DNA of 64,000 nt from a virus, in IMG/VR virus record IMGVR_UViG_3300047284_000378; one strand, given 5' to 3'. The notes under the pieces were generated by a model that worked only from the letters and a program-made list of their open reading frames with translations, ran no database searches and was not told the origin of the DNA. Both the position numbers and the translations under genes were made by a program. How positions within the stretch are numbered: the first letter of the stretch is position 1; each line of letters starts with the position of its first letter. Shown here one piece after another: positions 55,710 through 64,000 of the stretch.

Positions 55710-56222
55710 ATGTGGATGTTGAGCTTTATTCCTGACAGTTTTCTATTGTATATAATCAATACGATACTGATCGTTGGTGCAGTCGGCTCATTCTTATCAT
55801 TCTTTGTTATCAATAGAATACTGCGCTGGTTCCCAGCACTTTCTCCCTATTACCTAATATTACAGGTAGTCAGCGCAGCTCTATTGGTAGCAGGATTATT
55901 TTTCAAAGGCGGTTACAGTGTCGAGATGGAATGGCGAGAAAAGGTTCGAGCACTCGAAGAACAGATCAAGATCGCCGAAGAACGTGCCAACACCAAAAAT
56001 GTAGAAATACAAACTAAGATAGTTGAAAAAACCAAGGTAATCAAAGAAAAGGCCAAGACACAGATCGAATATGTAGACAGAGTGATAACCCAGGACAAAG
56101 AAGTAGTCAAGTATATTGAAAACTGTCCTATTCCCAAGATCATCGTCGACGAACATAATAAAGCAGCTACTCCACCGGAAGTCATCAAACAACTCAATGA
56201 CGCAGCGGAGAACAAAAAATGA
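55710..56222 (+). CDS. Putative inner-membrane spanin (Rz-like)
   Basis: N-terminal TM helices followed by a coiled coil; downstream of the endolysin. Confidence 0.6.
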   Translation: MWMLSFIPDSFLLYIINTILIVGAVGSFLSFFVINRILRWFPALSPYYLILQVVSAALLVAGLFFKGGYSVEMEWREKVRALEEQIKIAEERANTKNVEIQTKIVEKTKVIKEKAKTQIEYVDRVITQDKEVVKYIENCPIPKIIVDEHNKAATPPEVIKQLNDAAENKK

Positions 56223-56485
56223 AACTAGCATATCTACTGGTAGTATTGGGTCTTGCAGGCTGCGCGACATCTGTGCCCGTTAAACAAAAATTTCCAGAAG
56301 TGCCAAAGGCCTTAACTGAAAAATGTGAAAACCTTAAAAAGGTCGAGGGCGACAAAGTTGCCATTACAGAAATGCTAAAAGTTATCGTAGAAAACTACGC
56401 ACTTTATTATGAATGTTCTACCAAAGTAGACGGTTGGAACGAATGGTATGTAGAGCAGAAAAAAATACACGAGAGTGTTAAATAA
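56219..56485 (+). CDS. Putative outer-membrane spanin lipoprotein (Rz1-like)
   Basis: Lipobox LAGC, Pro-rich segment, YYECS; ATGA overlap with the i-spanin. Confidence 0.7.
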   Translation: MKLAYLLVVLGLAGCATSVPVKQKFPEVPKALTEKCENLKKVEGDKVAITEMLKVIVENYALYYECSTKVDGWNEWYVEQKKIHESVK

Positions 56486-56486
56486 G

Positions 56487-56756
56487 ATGAAAGCAATTAT
56501 CGTATCAGTTTTTTGCCTAACTCTAGCAGGATGTGCTACCACTAACAATGATTATCAAATCTATGTAGAAGCACAAAAATCTATTTCCAAAGATTTGACA
56601 ATAACTGAAGCAGCTAGACTTAATGCTCTTATAGAAATGACTAAAAGCAGTGATGCGTCTGTAAGAGCCACAGCTATTATGCAGCTACAGAATTTGCAGC
56701 AACACAGTAAACAGGTGGTAATTGATCCGCCTAAGAAAAACATTCTTGGATTTTAA
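56487..56756 (+). CDS. Lipoprotein
   Basis: MKAIIVSVFCLTLAGC lipobox. Confidence 0.7.
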   Translation: MKAIIVSVFCLTLAGCATTNNDYQIYVEAQKSISKDLTITEAARLNALIEMTKSSDASVRATAIMQLQNLQQHSKQVVIDPPKKNILGF

Positions 56757-56767
56757 AGGAGCGCCAG

Positions 56768-57331
56768 ATGGCATTACACGACTCAATCTTGAAATTAATT
56801 ACTAAAGAACCAAAAGACGACAGCGCACCAAAGCCTCCAGTAGGCAGTCGCAGTGAGCGTGAAGCAAAGATCAAAGACAAAGCAGGTATGGTTATTTCCG
56901 TGTTTGCTTTGTTCCTAGCAGTAAACTCATGGTATGGTGGCAAATTGTCCAGTACAGTATTAAACAATACGCTAGGTGCTAACAATGCTTGGGCACAATA
57001 TCAAGCGAAAAACAATAGATTAGTTAGTTATGAAATCGCATCTAAAACAACCAGCGATCCTGTGCTAAAGAAAGAGTTCAAAGCAGAAGCAGAACGTATG
57101 GATACAGACAAGAAAGAAATCGCTGTCAATGCACGTAAAATGGAGGCAGACAGGGAATTAGCAAAGAAATCTAGTCCATGGATCGGATATGCATCAACCG
57201 CATATCAGTTGGCCATTGTTGTTCTATCAGCAAGTATCCTTGCTGTTAGCATGCCAATGTTTTGGAGTAGTTTTGCAGTAGCAGGAGTAGGATTGTTATT
57301 ATCAGCCAACGGTTTATTCCTTTGGTTTTAA
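56768..57331 (+). CDS. Membrane protein (DUF4337-like)
   Basis: TM, then WAQYQAK, coiled coil and two C-terminal TM helices. Confidence 0.55.
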   Translation: MALHDSILKLITKEPKDDSAPKPPVGSRSEREAKIKDKAGMVISVFALFLAVNSWYGGKLSSTVLNNTLGANNAWAQYQAKNNRLVSYEIASKTTSDPVLKKEFKAEAERMDTDKKEIAVNARKMEADRELAKKSSPWIGYASTAYQLAIVVLSASILAVSMPMFWSSFAVAGVGLLLSANGLFLWF

Positions 57332-57350
57332 ATTTGCATAGGAGCGACAT

Positions 57351-57866
57351 ATGACAGATAAGGTAGAATTAAGCGCGAGCGAACAAAAGAAAGAAGATTG
57401 GATGAACAGTAAATGGCGTCCAATGATGGGATGGATGTATATGGTTGTATGTACCATGGACATGGTAATATTTCCTATTCTATGGAGTCTATTACAAACA
57501 TTTACTCATTCACCGATCACACAATGGAATCCGTTGACACTTCAAGGTGCAGGATTATTCCATATCGCTATGGGTGCGGTACTAGGACTTGCAGCTTGGG
57601 GACGTACACAAGAAAAACTAGGGGGAGCTAACAATGGCGGATTACAACCCGTATCACAGAGTGTCACAACAACATTTGGCTCTGCTCCAACAACACCGAG
57701 CACATTCGGCGCACCAGCTTCGACAGGTTTCGGAGCACCAAGTGCCCCAAGTAGCTTTGGCGGAGGCAGCTTTGGAAGCACACCTCGCCCAACAGCGCCA
57801 GCAGCACCGATGATGAGTAGCAGCGGTAAACCAATGCCGTTTCAACCCGATCAACCCGAACTATAA
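57351..57866 (+). CDS. Putative holin (GTA 3TM holin-like)
   Basis: WMNSKWRPMMGW...MGAVLGLAAWGRTQEK; Ser/Gly/Pro/Phe-rich tail. Confidence 0.7.
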   Translation: MTDKVELSASEQKKEDWMNSKWRPMMGWMYMVVCTMDMVIFPILWSLLQTFTHSPITQWNPLTLQGAGLFHIAMGAVLGLAAWGRTQEKLGGANNGGLQPVSQSVTTTFGSAPTTPSTFGAPASTGFGAPSAPSSFGGGSFGSTPRPTAPAAPMMSSSGKPMPFQPDQPEL

Positions 57867-57877
57867 AGGAAACTAAC

Positions 57878-58093
57878 ATGAAAACAACACTAGCAATTTT
57901 TCTTTTAACCAGCGTTTTAGCTTTGCCAGTATCAGCAGCCGACGAAGCACCCGCAACTAAACAAGTCTGCGTGGATGTTATGAAAGACGGCAAGCCTGTT
58001 ATTGATCCAAAAACTAAAAAGGCTAAACAAAACTGCAAGACCGTAAAAGTACATAAAAAACATGAAGGCACAGCAGTACCACAAAAGAAATAA
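57878..58093 (+). CDS. Small secreted protein
   Basis: Signal peptide (VSA-ADE), two Cys, basic C-terminus. Confidence 0.65.
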   Translation: MKTTLAIFLLTSVLALPVSAADEAPATKQVCVDVMKDGKPVIDPKTKKAKQNCKTVKVHKKHEGTAVPQKK

Positions 58094-58118
58094 CCAGTAA
58101 TTGAAAGACATTAAATAC

Positions 58119-58140
58119 AAGGCCGCTAGACGCGGCCTTT
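58119..58140 (+). terminator. Putative terminator hairpin overlapping the dnaJ promoter
   Basis: AAGGCCGC-TAGAC-GCGGCCTT then TGTCTT; the loop contains -35-like TAGACG, with TATAAT at 58150-58155. Confidence 0.6.
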
Positions 58141-58161
58141 GTCTTCATGTATAATACAAGT

Positions 58162-59010
58162 ATGGATTACTATAATATTTTAGGTGTTAATAGAAATGCT
58201 AGTCAGGATGAGATAAAATCAGCCTATCGAAAGATGGCTATGAAATATCATCCCGATCGAGGCGGAGACGAAAAAAAATTCAAAGAAGTTGAAGAAGCTT
58301 ATCGCACACTAAGCGATCCACAAAAGAAACAGGTGTTTGATATGGGAGGTGATCCCAATAATCAAAACGGTGGATTTTATAATCAAGGTCCGTTCGAATT
58401 CCATTTTGGCACGGGCAACATGAACGACATATTTGGAAATTTCGGGTTCGGTGGCCCGTTTGGTTTTGGTAATAGGAATGTGCAGAGAAACAAATCCATA
58501 AACATCGCTGTAGAGATCACACTAGAAGAAGTTCTACAGGGAAAAGATATTGATGCAGAACTAGCTATCCCCGGCGGTAAAAAGAAAATCATCAACATCA
58601 GTATTCCTCCTGGCATAGAAGACAATCAACAGATCAGATATCAAGGTATGGGGGATAACAGCATACCTCATATGCCCCCCGGTGATCTTTTAGTAAACAT
58701 AAGAGTACTACCGCATATTGAATTCCGTAGAGAAGGATCAAACATTGTTGTAGATAAAATAGTTTCAGTATGGGATGCTATCCTAGGCTGTTCTCTCAGT
58801 ATTAAAACCCTGGATAACAAAACTCTACAAATTTCAGTGCCGCCTGGCACACAACCAGAAACTGTTCTCAGCTGTAAGAACGAAGGCTTACCTTTGATGA
58901 GAACTCAAAGACGCGGTAATCTATTAATAAAAATTAAAGTAGAAATACCAAAAAATATAAATCAACAGACAAAGTCTACTATCGAGAAATTAAAAAATAA
59001 TGACATTTAA
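58162..59010 (+). CDS. dnaJ: DnaJ-family co-chaperone (type II, no Zn finger)
   Basis: [16 protein letters not shown]-rich linker, PGTQP and RGNLLIKI. Confidence 0.92.
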   Translation: MDYYNILGVNRNASQDEIKSAYRKMAMKYHPDRGGDEKKFKEVEEAYRTLSDPQKKQVFDMGGDPNNQNGGFYNQGPFEFHFGTGNMNDIFGNFGFGGPFGFGNRNVQRNKSINIAVEITLEEVLQGKDIDAELAIPGGKKKIINISIPPGIEDNQQIRYQGMGDNSIPHMPPGDLLVNIRVLPHIEFRREGSNIVVDKIVSVWDAILGCSLSIKTLDNKTLQISVPPGTQPETVLSCKNEGLPLMRTQRRGNLLIKIKVEIPKNINQQTKSTIEKLKNNDI

Positions 59011-59494
59011 ACTAGGACCTCACGAATCTCTAATAACCCCTAGCACTGAATGGAACTTTGGATCAGACGGCGATGCTCGACTGTTGGAAGAGCAAATGAT
59101 AGATTTCATGCAACAAAATAACGGCATAGGTCTAGCGGCTAATCAAATAGGCTTTACCAAGCGTGTGTTCGTAATGGGCAGTGAAAATATCGAAGGATTC
59201 CCAAGACCGTTCGCTGTGTTCAATCCCAAGATCATAGAATACAGTGAGGACACAGAAATTTCACAAGAAGGCTGTCTTAGTTACCCAGATCTATGGTTAG
59301 GTGTAAAAAGGCCTAGAAGTATTATTGTAGAGTATCAAAACAGCAGCGGCGACACTGTTACCGCTGAAATGACCGGATTAATTTCAAGATGTTTTCAACA
59401 CGAGTACGATCACTTAGATGGTATATGTTTTGTTGACAAAGTAAGCCAACTGAAATTAAACTTAGCTATGAAGAAACTTAGGAAAAAGAAATAA
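59000..59494 (+). CDS. def: Peptide deformylase
   Basis: [15 protein letters not shown] and QHEYDHLDG. Confidence 0.95.
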   Translation: MTFKLGPHESLITPSTEWNFGSDGDARLLEEQMIDFMQQNNGIGLAANQIGFTKRVFVMGSENIEGFPRPFAVFNPKIIEYSEDTEISQEGCLSYPDLWLGVKRPRSIIVEYQNSSGDTVTAEMTGLISRCFQHEYDHLDGICFVDKVSQLKLNLAMKKLRKKK

Positions 59495-61836
59495 TGATCG
59501 AACCAAGCTCAAATCTGCAACAAATTTTTGATAATGCAGTTGAACATGCTAAACAATTAAATCACGAATACATAACCATTGAGCATTTGGTATATGCTAT
59601 TCTCTGCGACGAGCCCTCATTTCAAATTATAGAAAATTATGGTGCCGACGCTAATTTTATCAAAACTAATCTAGAACATTATATCAAAAACAACATGAAC
59701 GATATCAAGGCCGTTGATCCAGATCAAAAGCCTAAAAAGACCAGTTCTGTTGAGCGAGTATTAAATCGTTGTTTCACACAGGTGTTGTTCAGTGGAAGAC
59801 AACGAATGGAAGTAGCTGACATAATCATCAGCATACTCAGCGAAAAAAATAGTTTCGGTTTTTATTTCTTGAGCAAAGGCGGGTTGAGCAAAGAAAAATT
59901 TATCAAGTACTTCCAAGAAAATCTGAATTACGAAGAAGAAGAAGAAACAACAACACAGGTAGCCACTAGCTCGCAAATGGAAAGAATTATCAATCAGTTC
60001 TGTACTAATCTCAGCCTTTTGGCTAAACAACGTAAGATCGATCCTGTGATCGGAAGAGATGAAGAATTAGAAAAGATACAACTCATTCTCGCAAGAAGAA
60101 ACAAGTGTAATGTATTGATGGTGGGTGATCCCGGTGTAGGTAAGACTGCCATTGCCGAAGGCCTGGCTCGTAAGATCTTTGAAAAGAAAGTTCCTAAGTT
60201 CATCCAAGATCATCAGGTCTATACGCTAGATATCAGTGCCCTACTAGCAGGTTCGAAGTATCGAGGCGACTTTGAAGAACGTATCAAAGCAGTTCTAGCT
60301 TCACTAGAACGCAAGGGTAAAATTATCCTGTTCATCGACGAAGCGCACATGATGCAGGGCGCGGGTGCAGCTAACCAGAGCTCAAACGATCTAGCTAATA
60401 TTCTCAAACCTATCCTTACCAAAGGTATCATCAAATTAATCGCTTCCACTACCTGGGACGAGTATCGTAAGCACTTCGAAAGCGATCGTGCATTGATGCG
60501 TCGATTCCAACGTGTTACAGTAGATGAACCTAGTCAAGAAATGACTGTTAAGATTCTCAAGGGTATCCGTAAGTATTATGAAAAACATCATAATGTAAAA
60601 ATCACCGATGCAGGTATCGATCAAGCGGTCAAGCTATCTATCAAATACATGGCTGACAAGAAACTGCCAGACAAGGCCATCGACATCATCGACTGTGCTG
60701 CTGCTCGTTACAAGCTCAAGGACGATCCTACAGAAGAAGGCATCGAACAGCTCGTAGATGTCGAACAAATCACCTACGAACTTAGCAAGATGATCAATAT
60801 GCCATTAGAAACCGTGGCGCAGAAAGAAAGCAAGAATCTAACAGGTCTAGAAAAAGGTATGAAAGCAGCAGTCTACGGACAAGATGCGGCTGTAGATACT
60901 CTGCTTGATAAGATCTTTGTAGCACAGGCCGGAATGAAACATCCCAACAAGCCTGTTGGATCTTTCTTGTTCTTAGGTCCTACAGGCACAGGTAAGACCG
61001 AAACTGCTAGAACACTAGCAGATAAGATGGGTATGGAATTAGTTAGGTTTGACATGGGAGAATATCAAGAGAAGCACTCTGTGGCAAGACTTATCGGTGC
61101 TCCTCCAGGTTATGTTGGCTACGAAGATAATGCTGGTCAACTGATCACTAAACTACAAGAGCATCCTAATGCTATCCTATTGTTAGACGAAATTGAAAAA
61201 GCACACCCAGATGTCAGTAACATTCTACTAGCATTTATGGACAACGGTTTTATCACCGGAAGCAACGGTAAACAGGCAGATGGTCGTAATTGTATTCTTA
61301 TCATGACCAGTAACCTTGGTGCCAGAGATAACGAAAACAATGCCATTGGTTTCGGTGATCTAAGCAAAGACGGAGAAGACGACAAGGCCGTTAAAAAGTA
61401 TTTTGCTCCAGAATTCCGTAATCGCTTAGACGCTGTTATCAAATTTGAAAAGTTAGGTATCAACGTTGTTATCCAGATCGTTAATAAGTTTATTTCCGAA
61501 CTGAATTCTCAGCTCAAAGATAAGAATATCGAAATCGTGTTAACAACAAAGGCACAGAAGTGGTTAGCTGAACAAGGGTACGATAGCAAGATGGGTGCAA
61601 GACCCTTAGCAAGATTGATCGATAATAAGATTAAATCTCCTCTCAGCCGCAGAGTATTATTCGGTGATCTCGTCAACGGAGGCAAAGTCACTGTTGATAT
61701 CGAGGATAATGAACCGGTCTTCGCAGTTGAAGATTTTGTAAAAACATTAACTAGAGCTGCCAAGAGAAAATTAGGTATCGCCGACGAAATCGCAGTTACT
61801 GAAACTAATGATATCAAAGAAGAAAATAACCAATAG
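59494..61836 (+). CDS. clpA: ATP-dependent Clp protease ATPase subunit ClpA
   Basis: Clp N-domain; GDPGVGKT/FIDEAH; GPTGTGKT/LLDEIEKAH; IGF loop; GARPL. Confidence 0.93.
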   Translation: MIEPSSNLQQIFDNAVEHAKQLNHEYITIEHLVYAILCDEPSFQIIENYGADANFIKTNLEHYIKNNMNDIKAVDPDQKPKKTSSVERVLNRCFTQVLFSGRQRMEVADIIISILSEKNSFGFYFLSKGGLSKEKFIKYFQENLNYEEEEETTTQVATSSQMERIINQFCTNLSLLAKQRKIDPVIGRDEELEKIQLILARRNKCNVLMVGDPGVGKTAIAEGLARKIFEKKVPKFIQDHQVYTLDISALLAGSKYRGDFEERIKAVLASLERKGKIILFIDEAHMMQGAGAANQSSNDLANILKPILTKGIIKLIASTTWDEYRKHFESDRALMRRFQRVTVDEPSQEMTVKILKGIRKYYEKHHNVKITDAGIDQAVKLSIKYMADKKLPDKAIDIIDCAAARYKLKDDPTEEGIEQLVDVEQITYELSKMINMPLETVAQKESKNLTGLEKGMKAAVYGQDAAVDTLLDKIFVAQAGMKHPNKPVGSFLFLGPTGTGKTETARTLADKMGMELVRFDMGEYQEKHSVARLIGAPPGYVGYEDNAGQLITKLQEHPNAILLLDEIEKAHPDVSNILLAFMDNGFITGSNGKQADGRNCILIMTSNLGARDNENNAIGFGDLSKDGEDDKAVKKYFAPEFRNRLDAVIKFEKLGINVVIQIVNKFISELNSQLKDKNIEIVLTTKAQKWLAEQGYDSKMGARPLARLIDNKIKSPLSRRVLFGDLVNGGKVTVDIEDNEPVFAVEDFVKTLTRAAKRKLGIADEIAVTETNDIKEENNQ

Positions 61837-62488
61837 AAAATTTTACGGTAAATGGTTATATAAAATTACCCTAAAAATCAGCGGTGTGTCAATCTTAAGG
61901 ACCAAATCCTTAGATGACACTATTGGTTTTATGTTGGATCCGGAATCTGGCAATGTAGCCAGACACAGTATCTTAAGAAGAGCTCTAGCACATTCAGAAG
62001 AAATCGTTGAACTCTGTAAATTCTTAAAAACATTAAATCCGGACGATTATACTAAACGATTAGAATCTAATCTAATAGATCTATATACCAATGATCAAAA
62101 CATCTATGTTAATGCCTGTACTCTATTTCAAGATTTAATCACACACCATTTTGAACCAGAAGAAAATTCCATTGATTTACTATCAAAATCAAATCTTATA
62201 GTGGTCAATAAACTGCCGCATGATAAATTTAGATATAAGGTTTTTCTAACACCCCATAGACTCAAACAAGATCGTGATAGAAAAGAGCAATTTTTATCTT
62301 GGTTAGATACACAAAATGGCAGGATAAAGATTTCAAATACTGTAAAGGACTGGTTTATCAAAACAGACTGGAACTGGGATCGCCGATATGTGCTAGTAAC
62401 TGACGAAGCCACTCTTCTAATGATGAAAATGGCTAATCCTGATGCTGTGGGCAAGGTCTACGAGCATGTTTTGTTGATAAATACTTGA
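61808..62488 (+). CDS. Hypothetical protein
   Basis: 226-aa ORF overlapping the end of clpA. Confidence 0.7.
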   Translation: MISKKKITNRKFYGKWLYKITLKISGVSILRTKSLDDTIGFMLDPESGNVARHSILRRALAHSEEIVELCKFLKTLNPDDYTKRLESNLIDLYTNDQNIYVNACTLFQDLITHHFEPEENSIDLLSKSNLIVVNKLPHDKFRYKVFLTPHRLKQDRDRKEQFLSWLDTQNGRIKISNTVKDWFIKTDWNWDRRYVLVTDEATLLMMKMANPDAVGKVYEHVLLINT

Positions 62489-62844
62489 TGTCCAACGAAA
62501 TTCATGTTCTACTAGAAAATATCAGCTTAGAATCTGTCGATTCTAGTTATAGCTACGGAGGCAAGTATCCCGGAGCAGGGTATCACAAAAAAAGTAACCC
62601 TATACACACTGTTGTTTATCAGGTCACAGATTTTGTCGGCACTATCAAAATACAAGCGACTCTAGCTTTAGATCCCGCAGCATCGGATTGGTTTGATGTA
62701 GATAATACAACTATAGGGCTAGGCGAGGACAGTTCTGCGTGGACTTCTGCTAGCACCTTTAATTTTTCCGGTAATTTTGTATGGGTACGTGCTGCATACA
62801 ACATACAAAACGGTACTATCACATCTGTTAGTTATCTAGTCTAA
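62488..62844 (+). CDS. Hypothetical protein (probably virion-associated)
   Basis: TAAATA 62478-62483, 4 nt before the ATG; KIQATL...DWFD...FSGNFVWVRA. Confidence 0.65.
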   Translation: MSNEIHVLLENISLESVDSSYSYGGKYPGAGYHKKSNPIHTVVYQVTDFVGTIKIQATLALDPAASDWFDVDNTTIGLGEDSSAWTSASTFNFSGNFVWVRAAYNIQNGTITSVSYLV

Positions 62845-62858
62845 GAATTCAAAAGCGA

Positions 62859-62890
62859 TAAATATAGTATCATCTTACGGAAGATACTAT
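62859..62890 (+). promoter_or_regulatory. Late promoter overlapping an RBS-sequestering hairpin
   Basis: TAAATA 62859-62864; ATAGTATC (62864-62871) pairs perfectly with GATACTAT (62883-62890), covering the SD end and the start codon. Confidence 0.7.
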
Positions 62891-64000
62891 GAGAGACCTT
62901 TTAAATAAATTAGACGCTATCGTCAGCGAAACAGCACTCAAAGACAAGGAAGATCTTGCCGCCAAGCGCAAGGCCTTGCAGGATCTGCAGATGGATCCCA
63001 CTGCCGCTGAAGATCCAGAAATCAAACAAGCAATCATCCAAAGAAAAGCCGATTTAGAAAAAGAAGCTAAAGCCAAGGGATTTTCAGAAGGAATCCAACT
63101 AGGAGATGATTTCGGTATCAGTTTCAACGAAGATTTTGAAATCGAATCTTCGGTTGTAGGTTTCGTTAAAGACGGAATCGTTATCGAACTAGACGAATTC
63201 GCTCTAGATCTATTAGAAGGTCAGGGATTTAGTTTCCTAGAAGGCTATCTCAAAGAATCAGAAAAACAAAAAGGCGTCGACGGCAAAGCCTGTTGGAAAG
63301 GCTACAGACGTATGGGCACCAAAAAGAAAGGCGGCAAAACTGTAGACAACTGCGTTAAAGTTTCCGAAGGGTTTGGTTCCCTTGAAGACGAAGTAAAATC
63401 ATTGCTGAAAAGATTCGAAGAAAATGCCATGGAAATTGGTGCCTACGGAGATCCAGATGTTAGCAAAGTCGTAGCAATGCTTAGACAAGGAGACTTTGAA
63501 GGCGCTACTGAAGAAGTATGGTCTGCTTACTCCGATCAAGACGGCGGTGAGGTTCCTAGATTAGAACCTTATGTCGACGACCTGCAAGACGAGTTCGAAG
63601 AACTTGCTCAGGGCGGAGATGAAGACGAAGGCGGCGACACCGACGATGCATATGCATTGGCATCCGCTGGTCACGGATCTGATGAGGATTACGGTGATTA
63701 CGGGTTCGAAGAAGATCACTCCGAAGATCCAGAAGATCCAGCAAATCGTGGAGAATACGACAACGAAGGCGACATGGCAAAAGACGACCTACGCACAATC
63801 AACGATGCTGCCAAAGAATTATATAATATGTTAGATGTAGATGACAATCTACCAGAATGGGTACAGAGTAAGATTAATAAGGCAGCAGACTATATAGACA
63901 CTGCCAGAGACTACATGAAATCCAATAGCTATACCGAAGGGCGTTATCCTTTCGCAGGCAGAAAAGTAGGACAGAAAGAAGGTCCAGCCGGTCAATTAAA
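62889..64000 (+). CDS. Acidic modular protein, partial (runs off the window end); possible internal head protein
   Basis: Manual translation MRDLLNKLDAIVSETALKDKEDL... stays open to 64000; CWKGY...GTKKKGGKTVDNCVK and LPEWVQSKI modules. Confidence 0.8.
   Translation, partial: MRDLLNKLDAIVSETALKDKEDLAAKRKALQDLQMDPTAAEDPEIKQAIIQRKADLEKEAKAKGFSEGIQLGDDFGISFNEDFEIESSVVGFVKDGIVIELDEFALDLLEGQGFSFLEGYLKESEKQKGVDGKACWKGYRRMGTKKKGGKTVDNCVKVSEGFGSLEDEVKSLLKRFEENAMEIGAYGDPDVSKVVAMLRQGDFEGATEEVWSAYSDQDGGEVPRLEPYVDDLQDEFEELAQGGDEDEGGDTDDAYALASAGHGSDEDYGDYGFEEDHSEDPEDPANRGEYDNEGDMAKDDLRTINDAAKELYNMLDVDDNLPEWVQSKINKAADYIDTARDYMKSNSYTEGRYPFAGRKVGQKEGPAGQL

Noticed and set aside
4229-63834. Numerous antisense and alternate-frame ORFs in the track (e.g. 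4229-4552, 14764-15153, 39606-40001, 59761-60030, 63556-63834)
   Set aside because: They are shadows of longer genes with recognisable motifs and have no SD, promoter or motif support.
1-64000. Genome-wide TGA recoding (genetic code 4 or 25)
   Set aside because: TGA ends many full-length genes, often in coupled ATGA/GTGA overlaps (9689-92, 22278-81, 47837-40, 50362-65, 50799-802, 50999-1002, 52233-36, 55078-81, 56219-22). I found an internal TGA only in the RF1 gene.

Overview
This is a 64-kb segment of a large tailed dsDNA phage (jumbo, T4-like myovirus architecture), not a cellular chromosome. Evidence: genes are densely packed, and baseplate/tail genes, a lysis cassette, a clamp loader, PhoH and ThyX are present. 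Two promoter classes occur: perfect sigma70 TTGACA-17-TATAAT and a late-type TAAATA motif. The auxiliary genes (IscU, IscA, FdxA, ClpA, TctA/TctC) look proteobacterial, so a betaproteobacterial host is a reasonable inference. Layout: translation module (0.4-4 kb: tRNA-Ser, IF-1, RF1-like factor, phosphatases); tail fibre; a mostly minus-strand accessory island (5.9-18.8 kb) of methyltransferases, sulfotransferase-like P-loop proteins, oxygenase, amidohydrolase, minimal adenylating enzyme and a TTT transporter; an oversized tRNA-Leu-like RNA; thyX, queD, uvsE, sod, an HNH endonuclease and iscU/iscA; a baseplate/tail block with a 2468-aa protein and an S8 protease (31.9-48.7 kb); replication and metabolism genes; lysis genes; dnaJ-def-clpA. 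Most notable are four signals the ORF track misses: (1) an RF1-type release factor gene with one in-frame UGA at a conserved Trp position; (2) a preQ1-riboswitch-like pseudoknot in the queD leader; (3) a 111-nt tRNA-Leu(UAG)-like RNA with an extra arm 5' of the anticodon arm; (4) an 8/4-type tRNA-Ser. All assignments come from motif recognition by eye; no database search or folding program was run.
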